NCBI GenBank assembly: GCA_031414595.1
Contig: JANNVX010000114.1
Location: 9,497 to 73,496, forward strand
DNA: 64,000 bases
Direction of reading: 5' to 3'
Source of the DNA: Deinococcales bacterium
GTDB taxonomy: Bacteria > Deinococcota > Deinococci > Deinococcales > JAAFIG01
Below, in pieces: positions 48,626 through 57,623 of the stretch. Position 1 is the first letter of the stretch. Each line of letters opens with the position of its first letter. Both the position numbers and the translations under genes were made by a program. The notes under the pieces are model-generated. The model was not told where the DNA came from. It searched no databases and saw only the letters and a program-made list of their open reading frames with translations.

Positions 48626-49449
48626 AAACTGTCTTTGAGGCACGGCTACCGACTGGGCATACCCTGACCAAAGACCATGCGCCCAGTTTATATGCCCGTT
48701 GGGATGAACTCGAGGCATTTTGGGGCAGCCTAGACCCAAGTGCCGAACATGTGCTGCTCGAGTACCATTTTGATGATTGGCTCGATAACCCAGACCAGCG
48801 CTGGTATTTTTTGGTGCGGGTCAATGGACAATGGTTGCCTCAGCCACTGCCTTATGGTTTATTGGTCTTAGAAACTCGGGTCACACAATTGCGCGATTAT
48901 ATTGGTCGGGCTAAACAAATCCTTGATGCTCGAGCGCCACATTCTAAGTTGGAACGGATTCAACGTTGGTTGCGTGGCTTTGTCCCAGACCCAAAAGCGC
49001 AGGTACGTCAAGCCCTCGAGCAACGTTTTCTCGAGGAGGCACATGCCACAGCTTTAATTATCGAGCTTGCGAGTAAAATGCAGTACCCCCAAGATAAAAC
49101 ACGCTTAGAAAATATCCAGCAACGCAAACAAGACCACCTTGAACGGTTAAAAGGCTTTATTCGGCATTTTGATGGCACAGTGCCGAGTTTTACTGCGCCT
49201 GATTTAAGTGGGCGGACTTGGCGGGGTTTAGCCGCCGCCCTAGCCCAAGAAATTCGAGACATCGAACGCTATCACGAACTTCGTCCTTTGCTACAAGACG
49301 ACCCAAAACTGGTGGCGCAACTTGAATTGATGATTGACGAAGAACGCATCAACAAAAGCGATTTACTCGATTTGATGGGAAAACTTGACCCCTATGCCAA
49401 TGGTGAATCCATTTGGGCAAAAGAAATGGAACTGCCACCAACCAGCTAA
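48622..49449 (+). CDS. Hypothetical protein with C-terminal ferritin-like four-helix bundle
   Basis: ATGA-coupled; EE..., K..H..RL...I...G, E......Y, ...DEE helical pattern; metal ligands partly degenerate. Confidence 0.5.
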   Translation: MKTVFEARLPTGHTLTKDHAPSLYARWDELEAFWGSLDPSAEHVLLEYHFDDWLDNPDQRWYFLVRVNGQWLPQPLPYGLLVLETRVTQLRDYIGRAKQILDARAPHSKLERIQRWLRGFVPDPKAQVRQALEQRFLEEAHATALIIELASKMQYPQDKTRLENIQQRKQDHLERLKGFIRHFDGTVPSFTAPDLSGRTWRGLAAALAQEIRDIERYHELRPLLQDDPKLVAQLELMIDEERINKSDLLDLMGKLDPYANGESIWAKEMELPPTS

Positions 49450-49457
49450 AGGAGCTT

Positions 49458-50018
49458 ATGAAAAAAATTGTCTTAGCCATCGAAATTCTTGATAACTGGG
49501 TTGAATATATGCCAGACCTGATTCAGTATGCCCAAACCAGCAGTAGCGCGGTGCATATTCTCGAGTTTGCCGCCCCGCTTGGGACTGGAATGTTCACCTC
49601 GAACTTGCCAGCCAACCAGCCAGCCGCACCAACGTTATTTGAAGCCGAAAACACCGCTAGTCTTGACCCAGATTTAACCCCTGCTGATACGCTCAGGGTA
49701 GCCGCCGAGACCACCGCCTTTGTGGAGCTTATCGCCACCTATTTACGTGCCAATAAGCTAGAAGTCACTACTGCTTGGCTGCCCAATTTTGATCAGATGC
49801 AGCTTGGCGAGTACGCTCTGGCGCAAGGCGCGGATGCGGTTGCTTTAATCGAACAAGGTTGGTGGCAAAAATTGTTGAACGGCGACCCACACACATTTCT
49901 AAAAAAACTAAACCTAACAACCATTGACCTTAAACCCTCGAGCATCACACCAGCCGAACAAATGGCGCTTTCGGCAAACCTCGAGCCTAAAGATATTCAT
50001 GGCACAAGCCCGAATTGA
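49458..50018 (+). CDS. Divergent USP-like protein
   Basis: MKKIVLAI, AVHILE, A.AQGADAVAL; RBS AAGGAG. Confidence 0.45.
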   Translation: MKKIVLAIEILDNWVEYMPDLIQYAQTSSSAVHILEFAAPLGTGMFTSNLPANQPAAPTLFEAENTASLDPDLTPADTLRVAAETTAFVELIATYLRANKLEVTTAWLPNFDQMQLGEYALAQGADAVALIEQGWWQKLLNGDPHTFLKKLNLTTIDLKPSSITPAEQMALSANLEPKDIHGTSPN

Positions 50019-50040
50019 CAGCACCAGAAGTGACCTTATT

Positions 50041-50460
50041 TTAGAGTGGCATCAATACAGTATCTATGCAGTGAATTACGCCATTGCTGGCTACCATATC
50101 GGTTTTAACAACTTTAGCCTCGTTAATTTCAACCAATTGTTCAGTAATTGTGACGTTTAGGTTTGCCCCTTCAACGGTTTTAGCGGTTTTACCATTCATG
50201 CGTAAAACATCTTTAGCTGTAACAAGACCAAAAACAAGATGATAAGTCAAGATTTTGGTCAGACTGGCTTTATCAGCAAGCAGTGCTGCCCAATCGGTTT
50301 TACTGATTTTGGCAAAGGCTTCATTGGTTGGGGCAAAAACCGTGTAGCGACTCGAGCCGGATAAAGTATCTATTAAATCAGCCGCTTTTAAGGCTTTCAC
50401 AAAGGTACTTAAGGCTTGGCTACTCGAGGCGACTTGCACAATGTTAGCTGGTGCGGACAT
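50041..50460 (-). CDS. Fasciclin (FAS1) domain protein
   Basis: LKAADL.DTL, TVFAPTNEAF, ILTYHLV, SNGVIH.IDTVL. Confidence 0.93.
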   Translation of the reverse strand: MSAPANIVQVASSSQALSTFVKALKAADLIDTLSGSSRYTVFAPTNEAFAKISKTDWAALLADKASLTKILTYHLVFGLVTAKDVLRMNGKTAKTVEGANLNVTITEQLVEINEAKVVKTDMVASNGVIHCIDTVLMPL

Positions 50461-50592
50461 ATTGAACCCCTTTTGGTGCGGACACCTTAAACCCCTTTTG
50501 GTGCGGGTGTGACAAATTGCTAAGATTTTTTGACGCTACACCAAGCATAACACCTTCATCTGAGCTTTGTGCGTTTATCAAAAAGGAGTAAA

Positions 50593-51591
50593 ATGCTTCC
50601 CATGCGAGTTGCTGTCTTTAACACCAAACCTTATGACCGAACTTTTTTAACGGCTGCCAATGCCGAGCAGTTTGAATTGGTCTTTCTCGAGCCGCGTTTA
50701 GAGCTTCTGACCGCTCCACTGGCGGCGGGTTGCCAAGTGGTTTGTGCCTTTGTCAACGATGACCTAAGCGCCGCAACACTCGAGATTTTGGCGGGTCTGG
50801 GCGTACAACTGATTGCTTTGCGTTGTGCAGGATTTAATCAAGTTGACTTAAAAGCCGCCAAGCGCCTTGGTTTGATTGTGGTTCGTGTTCCGGCTTACTC
50901 ACCACATGCCGTGGCAGAACATGCTTTGGCACTGCTTTTAACCTTAAATCGGCAGATTCACAGGGCGTATAACCGTGTACGTGATGGTAATTTTGCTTTG
51001 GAAGGGTTACTTGGTTTTGACCTGCATAAAAAAACCATCGGGGTGATTGGCACAGGTAAAATCGGGGCTATTTTTGCCAAGCTGCTTCATGCTTTTGATT
51101 GCCGTATTGTGGCATTTGACCTGTTTCCAAATTTAGACCTTGGGTTTCTCGAGTACCTACCGCTTGAGCAGGTTTTTGCCGAGTCCGATGTGATTTCGCT
51201 GCATTGCCCATTAACCCCAGAAACCCAGCATTTGGTCAATCCAGAGCGCCTAGCCCAAATGAAACACGGCGCAATGCTGGTCAACACCTCAAGAGGCGGC
51301 TTAATTGATACTCCAGCCGTGCTAGAAGCCTTAAAGACTGGTCAGTTGGGGGCGTTGGCGTTAGATGTCTACGAAGAAGAAGCCGATTTATTCTTTGAGG
51401 ATTTATCGAACCGAGTGATTCAAGATGATGTTTTTATGCGCCTGATGACCCTGCCTAATGTTTTAATTACTGGACATCAAGGTTTTTTTACCAAGGAAGC
51501 ACTCGAGCAGATTGCTCGGACAACCATCGCCAACATTCAAGCATTTGCCAACAAGCAAGTGCTGACCAACCAGTGTTTAGCTGATTCTTAA
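50593..51591 (+). CDS. ldhA: Fermentative D-lactate dehydrogenase (D-2-hydroxyacid dehydrogenase)
   Basis: [57 protein letters not shown]. Confidence 0.9.
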   Translation: MLPMRVAVFNTKPYDRTFLTAANAEQFELVFLEPRLELLTAPLAAGCQVVCAFVNDDLSAATLEILAGLGVQLIALRCAGFNQVDLKAAKRLGLIVVRVPAYSPHAVAEHALALLLTLNRQIHRAYNRVRDGNFALEGLLGFDLHKKTIGVIGTGKIGAIFAKLLHAFDCRIVAFDLFPNLDLGFLEYLPLEQVFAESDVISLHCPLTPETQHLVNPERLAQMKHGAMLVNTSRGGLIDTPAVLEALKTGQLGALALDVYEEEADLFFEDLSNRVIQDDVFMRLMTLPNVLITGHQGFFTKEALEQIARTTIANIQAFANKQVLTNQCLADS

Positions 51592-52251
51592 GACATAGCC
51601 AACGTTACGAATGGTTTGCAATAAGCGCGGTTCGCCGTTTTCCTCGAGTTTTTGGCGCAACTGCGACATAAAGACTTCAACCACGTTGTCGTCACCCAAA
51701 AAGTCTTCATCCCAAACACGGTCAAGTAAGTACGATTTACTCATCACCCGTTCGGGCTGCTCTAAGAATTCTTGGAGCAACTTAAATTCTCGGCTAGTCA
51801 GGTTTAGAACCCGAGTACCGCGTTTGGCACTAAATGCGGGGACATCCATTTGTACGTCATCAAAGCGCAGTAAACTCGAGATTGTGCCTCCCATACGGCG
51901 TTGAATCGCTCGAATTCGCGCAATCAAAACATCGAAATTAACCGGTTTGACCACATAATCATCCGCGCCGGTATTTAAGCCTTCCATTTGGGCTTCTGCG
52001 GCATCGTTGGCGGTCAGCATAATGACTGGTAATTTTGTGTCCACCGCCCGTAAACGACGCAACACTTCAAAACCATCTATACCCGGCATCATCAGGTCTA
52101 AAATCATCATGTGTGGAGCGCGGTCAAGCACAGCCCGTAAGCCCTGTTCGCCGTTCTCAGCAGTATCGACTTGAAAACCCTCAAACGACAAGCCGCGCTT
52201 TAAGAAACTGCGAACACTTGCGTCGTCATCTACTACCAAGATTCGTTGCAT
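51577..52251 (-). CDS. OmpR/PhoB-family response regulator (MprA-like)
   Basis: [54 protein letters not shown]. Confidence 0.95.
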   Translation of the reverse strand: MQRILVVDDDASVRSFLKRGLSFEGFQVDTAENGEQGLRAVLDRAPHMMILDLMMPGIDGFEVLRRLRAVDTKLPVIMLTANDAAEAQMEGLNTGADDYVVKPVNFDVLIARIRAIQRRMGGTISSLLRFDDVQMDVPAFSAKRGTRVLNLTSREFKLLQEFLEQPERVMSKSYLLDRVWDEDFLGDDNVVEVFMSQLRQKLEENGEPRLLQTIRNVGYVLRIS

Positions 52252-52275
52252 ATTACATAGTCTTACCACACGAAA

Positions 52276-52330
52276 TTGAACTCAAACTGAATTTCAGTTG
52301 GGCTTCAAGTTTACTTCAACAAAAATACAA
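52276..52330. promoter_or_regulatory. Back-to-back TTCAG-type arrays between the response regulator and doxX-like gene
   Basis: Minus: TTCAG-N6-TTCAA (52291-52276), then TAAGACT and a short leader. Plus: TTCAG 52293, TTCAA 52304, TTCAA 52315, TACAA 52326. Confidence 0.7.
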
Positions 52331-52378
52331 TCCAAGTTCGTAAATTGAGGTATAGCAAGAAATTTTTAAGGAGCTTTT

Positions 52379-52954
52379 ATGATGATTCCAATAGTAAAAA
52401 GTCCGCGCCTCGAGATTCCTGAACCCCGTATTAGCCGTTTTTTATTTGCCGATACACGACTAGCGCCACTTTGGACAATACTGCGCTTGTATCTTGGCTA
52501 TGAATGGCTGACGGCTGGCTGGGGCAAGCTGACCAATCCAGCCGGAGTTTGGGTTGGCGACAAAGCTGGCGCGGCAATTACTGGTTTTTTGAATGGCGCA
52601 CTTAAAAAAACAGATGGTGACCACCCAGATGTCCAAGGTTTTTATGCCTGGTTTATCAGCAATGTTGCCTTACCCAATGCCACGCTTTTTAGTTACTTGG
52701 TGACGTTTGGCGAAATAATCGTTGGGGTTGCGCTTATCTTGGGTTTATTTACGGGATTAGCCGCTTTTTTTGGTGGCTTTATGAACAGCAACTTTTTACT
52801 GGCTGGAACAGTCTCGAGTAACCCAGTCTTGTTTATCTTAGCCACATTTATTGTCTTGGCATGGCGCACCTCGGGGTATTGGGGTTTAGACCGCTTTGTT
52901 TTGCCAGCCGTAGGTATACGGGCGGTGTTCAGCCCGAATTCAGATAACAAATAG
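52379..52954 (+). CDS. DoxX/DoxD family membrane protein
   Basis: LRLYLGYEWL.AG.GK, GE..VG.ALILGLFT, NFLLAG.VS.NP, GLD. Confidence 0.88.
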   Translation: MMIPIVKSPRLEIPEPRISRFLFADTRLAPLWTILRLYLGYEWLTAGWGKLTNPAGVWVGDKAGAAITGFLNGALKKTDGDHPDVQGFYAWFISNVALPNATLFSYLVTFGEIIVGVALILGLFTGLAAFFGGFMNSNFLLAGTVSSNPVLFILATFIVLAWRTSGYWGLDRFVLPAVGIRAVFSPNSDNK

Positions 52955-52987
52955 CCCATCTAAAGCTGCCTGTTTTAACTTGGTGCT

Positions 52988-53326
52988 ATGAAAATAAGTT
53001 TGATTATTGCGGCGTTTATCCTGACCCTGATAACAATAGCCACGGTTGCCATTGCTATTTTCTCGAGTCCTTTACCACAACCTTTGCAAGTCTATAGGTG
53101 CAGGGCAAATCAAGTTTTATTGGTGCGAGTTTCCAACACTTCGGTGCAGATAGGACAAGCCAGACGTTCGCATTCACTGACTTGGGTGACGGTTAATCGG
53201 GCAGCCAATAAAAAATTTGAATGGCTGGTCAATGGTAAAACCGCACAATTACGCAGAATCTCAAATCGTTCGGTGGTGGTTAGTCAGTGCAATGCCACAA
53301 AACAAGATGAACCCTTCAGGAGTTGA
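52988..53326 (+). CDS. Hypothetical exported protein (possibly MliC-like)
   Basis: N-terminal TM/signal; YRC ... W..NG..A.L ... C; family assignment weak. Confidence 0.4.
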   Translation: MKISLIIAAFILTLITIATVAIAIFSSPLPQPLQVYRCRANQVLLVRVSNTSVQIGQARRSHSLTWVTVNRAANKKFEWLVNGKTAQLRRISNRSVVVSQCNATKQDEPFRS

Positions 53327-53328
53327 TT

Positions 53329-53538
53329 ATGAAAACAAAACGCGAATCTCGAGTACCGACTTTAACCCCCAAAGAAGTACCCGCTTTAACCCCCAAAGAA
53401 GCTGAGGTATTGCACGAAGCCTTACAACCCCAAGATGCTCCAACCCCCAAAGGAAGTAAGCACCTTGGGGCAAAAGAAGAACAGGTCAGTCCTCTATCCA
53501 GTCCCGAAATCGCGGACAGTGACGCACCCGGCGGCTAA
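53329..53538 (+). CDS. Small Pro/Glu-rich hydrophilic protein
   Basis: RBS AGGAG; internal repeat VPTLTPKE/VPALTPKE. Confidence 0.5.
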   Translation: MKTKRESRVPTLTPKEVPALTPKEAEVLHEALQPQDAPTPKGSKHLGAKEEQVSPLSSPEIADSDAPGG

Positions 53539-53539
53539 G

Positions 53540-53594
53540 TTCAGTTTCGCTTCAGTTTGGGTTCAGTAAACTTGTGGTTTTTAACTGCCATACT
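53540..53594 (+). promoter_or_regulatory. Perfect triple TTCAG array upstream of the histidine kinase
   Basis: TTCAG at 53540, 53551 and 53562; CATACT at 53589, then N6-ATG (leaderless). Confidence 0.7.
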
Positions 53595-53600
53595 GTACAC

Positions 53601-55508
53601 ATGAAGCATCAGCCTGTTAAAACCCGTTTTGCCAATTGGCTTGACCGCTCGAGTTTAGGTATAAAACTCAATGTTTTGGTGTTTCTGATTTTTTTTCCTC
53701 CCTTTGCTTTTACGATTGTTTTTGTCTGGATTACCACCCAATTGCAACAAAATGCCTTTAAGACAACTCAGTACCGCGAAGTTATTTTTGCTTTGAACGA
53801 CTTAAATGTTAGTTTGCTAAACATCGAAACTGGGATTCATGGTTATATTTTAACCAACAACCAAGAATTTCTTGAACCTTATGAAAATGGTCTTAAAGCC
53901 ACCCAAAAGGCGTTGGCTGAATTAGAAAGTAGTCTGGTACTTAGCCTCCAAGCTCAGATTTTAGGCTATGAAATTCAGATTTATCAAAGTTGGATTAAAA
54001 CCCAATTACAACAAAAAAGGTTTTTGAATCTAAAAACTCAAGATGCTGTTTTGTTAGAAAGTAAACGAAGATTTGATCGTTTGAGTCAGTCCTTTGCCCA
54101 AACCAAAACAGCCAGCTTAGAATTATTTGAAGGGAGTCGAACCAAGACTTTAGCGGATATAGGATTTTTAGGTTGGTTTCCGTGGTTACTCTTTATTTTA
54201 CTGCTTTTGGGTAATTTGTTATGGCGCTGGGGAGTCCAAAAATTTGTACTTTTTCCCTTAAAAGTCATTGCTGGCACTGTCCAAACCCAAGTTGTAGATT
54301 CAAAACCTCGTATTTCCTCGAAAAGTCAAGATGAAATTGGGCAACTGAGGAACAGCTTAAATATGTCCTATGAGGCTTTGCAGACTCGGACTCGAGATTT
54401 AGAGCTTTCTAATATCAATCTTGAAATTGGCAGGAAACAACTCGAGTTGAATTCAGAATTAGCCGTTAGTGCGGCTCGAATGGTGGCTTGGGATTGGAAG
54501 ATTCAAACCGATGTGGTTACACTTTCAAACAACACCGAAAGCATTTTGGGAGCAAAAGCCCTGACTTTTACCAGCGCCCAACCGTTTATGACAGCCATCC
54601 ACGAGGAAGATTTACCAGCCCATTTAGATATGATTCTCCAAACCCTAAAAACCAAGGAATCATACCGCTCGGCTTACCGAATTTGGAACGATACAAAACA
54701 AGATTACATTTGGATGGAGGAGTTTGGGACTGTGCGAACCGACCAGAACAATCAGATTATTGCCTTGAATGGGGTGACTCAAGACATCACCGAACGCAAA
54801 AAAATTGATATGGCACTGCGCCGCATCGTTGATGCCCAAAAGCGCTTTGTCGGCGATGCTGCCCATGAATTACGCGCCCCTTTAACCAGTATTCAAGGCA
54901 ATTTAGAATTGTTGCGCCGTTACCCAGATATGCCGCAACAAGACCGTTCAGAAACCGTTGCCGATGCCTACCGCGAAACGGCACGACTTGGGCGCTTAGT
55001 CGCCGATTTATTGGCACTGGCTCGAGGTGACGCTGGCGAAGGGCTACGGCTCGAGCCGTTAAAACTCCAAGACGTGCTAACTGACACCATACGGCAAGCC
55101 AGACACTTGGCAGTACATCACCGCCTCGAGTCCAGCGAATTGAAACCCTGTACCATCGAAGGCGACCATGACCGCTTAAAACAATTGCTGTTAATTCTCT
55201 TCGAGAATGCAATTAAGTACACCCCCAAACAAATGCTTATTCATTGTTCACTCGATTGTATAGATAACTGGGCAGAGATTCGTATCAAAGATTCGGGCAT
55301 GGGCATTGCCCCAGAAGATATTCCCTTTGTCTTTGAACGTTTCTTCCGTGCCGATAAGGGACGCACCCGAGGCATTGACCCTGGCGGCACAGGTTTAGGT
55401 TTACCGATTGCTCAATGGATTGTTGCCCAGCACGGCGGAGAAATTCGCCTCGAGAGCCAAGTTGGAATTGGCACAACCGCTATTTTGCGCTTACCGATTG
55501 CCCCATAA
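53601..55508 (+). CDS. Sensor histidine kinase (CHASE3-like - HAMP - PAS - HisKA - HATPase)
   Basis: ETG..GY.LT....FLEPY, DEIG.L...LN, WDW...IHEED...GV.QDITERK, HELRAPLT, ENAIKY, D.G.GI, GTGLGL. Confidence 0.93.
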   Translation: MKHQPVKTRFANWLDRSSLGIKLNVLVFLIFFPPFAFTIVFVWITTQLQQNAFKTTQYREVIFALNDLNVSLLNIETGIHGYILTNNQEFLEPYENGLKATQKALAELESSLVLSLQAQILGYEIQIYQSWIKTQLQQKRFLNLKTQDAVLLESKRRFDRLSQSFAQTKTASLELFEGSRTKTLADIGFLGWFPWLLFILLLLGNLLWRWGVQKFVLFPLKVIAGTVQTQVVDSKPRISSKSQDEIGQLRNSLNMSYEALQTRTRDLELSNINLEIGRKQLELNSELAVSAARMVAWDWKIQTDVVTLSNNTESILGAKALTFTSAQPFMTAIHEEDLPAHLDMILQTLKTKESYRSAYRIWNDTKQDYIWMEEFGTVRTDQNNQIIALNGVTQDITERKKIDMALRRIVDAQKRFVGDAAHELRAPLTSIQGNLELLRRYPDMPQQDRSETVADAYRETARLGRLVADLLALARGDAGEGLRLEPLKLQDVLTDTIRQARHLAVHHRLESSELKPCTIEGDHDRLKQLLLILFENAIKYTPKQMLIHCSLDCIDNWAEIRIKDSGMGIAPEDIPFVFERFFRADKGRTRGIDPGGTGLGLPIAQWIVAQHGGEIRLESQVGIGTTAILRLPIAP

Positions 55509-55543
55509 AAAAACCAACTTGGGTTAAACCCAAGTTGGTTTTT
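55509..55543. terminator. Bidirectional intrinsic terminator
   Basis: AAAAACCAACTTGGGT..ACCCAAGTTGGTTTTT between convergent genes. Confidence 0.85.
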
Positions 55544-55552
55544 ATTAAAGCC

Positions 55553-56182
55553 TTAGTTTGAGGCTTTGGATTTTGCATTGGCGGCTGGTGTTGGATAAGT
55601 GATCGTAATACCTGCCAAAGACTGGGTTACCACGTCATCGCCGCGTCCAAGATTAACATCGGTAGTGGTGTTGCGGTCAACATCGGTGACCATGTTCCAG
55701 CCTGCTTTGATTGGTTTACCGCTTGTCCATTCGCCGGCTGTTTTGGCAAACACCAAGAAACGGTTTCCCCCAGCAGCTTTGCCATTGGTGCTGTCTGCCA
55801 GTAACCTATCTTTCTCGCCATTGCCATTGGTGGCATCCATGTCGTACTTTGCATCGTTGGTTTTGTCTTCGTAAACAATAAACTTGTAAAAGCGTTGGGT
55901 ATCTGTTCCAAGGTCTAGGGTTGCCACCAATGTGCCACTAAACCCACCAACTCCACCTGTAATCTGAATTGCAGTTGCAAAAGCTGCCGTTTCTGATTGC
56001 TCGGTGTTTGCACCACCAAAACTGGTAAAGCGCAACATTGATAAGCCGTAATTGCTGGCGGCTGGTGCAGTCCCATTGACACCACCGGCAAAACCAGGTC
56101 CGCCGCTAATCACATTGCCTAAAAGTCCACAACTTGTTAATGCCATTCCAAGGGCTGTAACTGCCAAAATACTCTTTTTCAT
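55553..56182 (-). CDS. Putative lipoprotein
   Basis: MKKSILAVTALGMALTSC lipobox; RBS GGAGG. Confidence 0.75.
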   Translation of the reverse strand: MKKSILAVTALGMALTSCGLLGNVISGGPGFAGGVNGTAPAASNYGLSMLRFTSFGGANTEQSETAAFATAIQITGGVGGFSGTLVATLDLGTDTQRFYKFIVYEDKTNDAKYDMDATNGNGEKDRLLADSTNGKAAGGNRFLVFAKTAGEWTSGKPIKAGWNMVTDVDRNTTTDVNLGRGDDVVTQSLAGITITYPTPAANAKSKASN

Positions 56183-56253
56183 ATATCCTCCAAATCGCTT
56201 CTTGCGATACCGTGCAGTTTGCAACCCTTAACCAAAGCGCCAATAAAGCCAAA

Positions 56254-56323
56254 CTGAGGCATCGCTGAATCAAGCCACCGTACAGCCCTGCCTCAGCCAA
56301 GCGTCAGTTTGATTATTTAAGCT
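56254..56323. promoter_or_regulatory. Back-to-back TTCAG-type arrays between the lipoprotein and LEA-like genes
   Basis: Minus: TTCAG-N6-CTCAG (56269-56254). Plus: TACAG-N6-CTCAG-N6-GTCAG-N10-TAAGCT. Confidence 0.62.
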
Positions 56324-56369
56324 GCTTTTCGCGGCGCACCACACACCCAAAGCGCCGCACAGGAGATTT

Positions 56370-56684
56370 ATGATTCAAGATAAAGTTAAAGCTGGTGCAG
56401 AAGCAGTCAAAGAAGGCTTAAGCGATATTGCAGCCACTGCCAAAGAAGGCGTAGACCAAGCCAAAGAAGCCTTTGCCAAAGCCAAAGACGGCGTACAAGG
56501 CGTTGCTGATAAAGCCCGAGCCGTAGCCCATCACGGCGCAGCCGAAGCCCATGAAGCCAAAGCCGAAGCCAGTGACAACCTACTAGAAAAAGCCTCAGAA
56601 ACCATCAAAGCTGGTGTGGAACGGGTCAAAGGCGCAATAGATGATGCCAAAGGCAACCTTAAGTTAGAGCGTAGCAAAGACTAA
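56370..56684 (+). CDS. LEA-like hydrophilic helical stress protein
   Basis: Ala/Lys/Glu-rich amphipathic repeats (AKEGVDQAKEA, AKDGVQGVADK). Confidence 0.6.
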   Translation: MIQDKVKAGAEAVKEGLSDIAATAKEGVDQAKEAFAKAKDGVQGVADKARAVAHHGAAEAHEAKAEASDNLLEKASETIKAGVERVKGAIDDAKGNLKLERSKD

Positions 56685-56690
56685 ATAAAA

Positions 56691-56722
56691 AGATAAAGCG
56701 CCAAAATTTTGGCGCTTTATCT
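56691..56722. terminator. Perfect 32-bp palindrome between convergent genes
   Basis: AGATAAAGCGCCAAAA/TTTTGGCGCTTTATCT. Confidence 0.75.
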
Positions 56723-56726
56723 CGAG

Positions 56727-56957
56727 TCATTTTTTAGGTTTCAGTAAGCTATACAAAGCCAAACCACCCGTCAAAAGCAGTGAATTCCAAGTCAGGTATT
56801 TATCGAGTGTCTTAGAAGTTTGCAACAAACTGTTTTTACTTTTTGCAATTCGCTGCTCGAGGGCAGTCGTTTTGCCGCTTTTTACAGTTGGCTGTAACTC
56901 AAGCAGTTTTTGCTTACGAAGTTGAATCCGTCCACTTAGGGTTTGCGGCTGAGCCAT
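56727..56957 (-). CDS. Small C-terminally anchored protein (YqjK-like position in operon)
   Basis: Third gene of an overlapping trio; hydrophobic C-terminal tail followed by basic residues. Confidence 0.5.
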   Translation of the reverse strand: MAQPQTLSGRIQLRKQKLLELQPTVKSGKTTALEQRIAKSKNSLLQTSKTLDKYLTWNSLLLTGGLALYSLLKPKK

Positions 56958-57229
56958 AAAAACACCCCCGCCGCAAGCAACGAAAAACTACCGATGATAA
57001 ATGCCGCCAAAGCTGGCGATAGCGCCAAAGACAACGCTGTAAAAGCCGCCCAAGTCATCCAGACCGAGCCTGTTAATAACAATCCACCAGCCACCAGCAC
57101 AAAGACCAACGACTGCAACAACACCCGTAATTGCTGACGAAAACGTAATCCCTCGAGTTCAAATAGTTCCACGGCATTAATCAGCATTTGGGCTAAAGCC
57201 ACCGTCATTTTCGCCCACGTCCCATCCAA
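56936..57229 (-). CDS. YqjE/phage-holin-like two-TM protein
   Basis: ELFELE..., two TM helices; overlaps both neighbours. Confidence 0.6.
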   Translation of the reverse strand: MDGTWAKMTVALAQMLINAVELFELEGLRFRQQLRVLLQSLVFVLVAGGLLLTGSVWMTWAAFTALSLALSPALAAFIIGSFSLLAAGVFLWLSRKP

Positions 57230-57510
57230 GACAGCAATAAACCCGCCCCAAAGACCACGGCAAGTGTGGCTAATGGTTTAGCCCTTGTTTGAAGCTCGAG
57301 TTTCTCGAGTAAGCCCACAGCACTGCGTTTGGCAGCATCGGCAACCTCGGCAGCTTGGTCTACTGGAATACCCGCTTTTTCAGCCACTTGTTTACCATCC
57401 ACCATTAAGTTTTGAACTTCTGGGCGGGCAAAAAAATTGCGTAACCAGCTACTGAATGGTGTGTCGTCGGTTTGAGCCTCGGTTGTATTTTCAAATTCTT
57501 GGTTGGTCAT
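57205..57510 (-). CDS. ElaB/YqjD/DUF883-like tail-anchored protein
   Basis: C-terminal R.KP.ATLAV.FGAGLLL...RGRK motif. Confidence 0.65.
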   Translation of the reverse strand: MTNQEFENTTEAQTDDTPFSSWLRNFFARPEVQNLMVDGKQVAEKAGIPVDQAAEVADAAKRSAVGLLEKLELQTRAKPLATLAVVFGAGLLLSWMGRGRK

Positions 57511-57527
57511 GATGCACCTCGAGTTTA

Positions 57528-57581
57528 AGAATAGCCAAACAGCTTGAAGGCATTCTGTTTTAGGGCTGAAGTAAACCTGAA
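57528..57581 (-). promoter_or_regulatory. TTCAG-type four-unit array plus -10 upstream of the elaB-like operon
   Basis: TTCAG-N6-TTCAG-N6-AACAG-N6-TTCAA-N10-TATTCT; same layout as 23582-23635. Confidence 0.75.
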
Positions 57582-57623
57582 CAGCACATGATCAGTGAAT
57601 CTAATCAGCACAATGGAGACCTT

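Noticed and set aside
50540-50595. TTCAG-type array before ldhA or fasciclin
   Set aside because: Only isolated TTCAT/CTGAG/ATCAA matches, and spacing to the -10 does not fit the pattern
56936-57229. Prophage remnant suggested by a holin-like protein
   Set aside because: Context is an ElaB/YqjD-YqjE-YqjK-like stress operon; no phage structural, lysin or integrase genes
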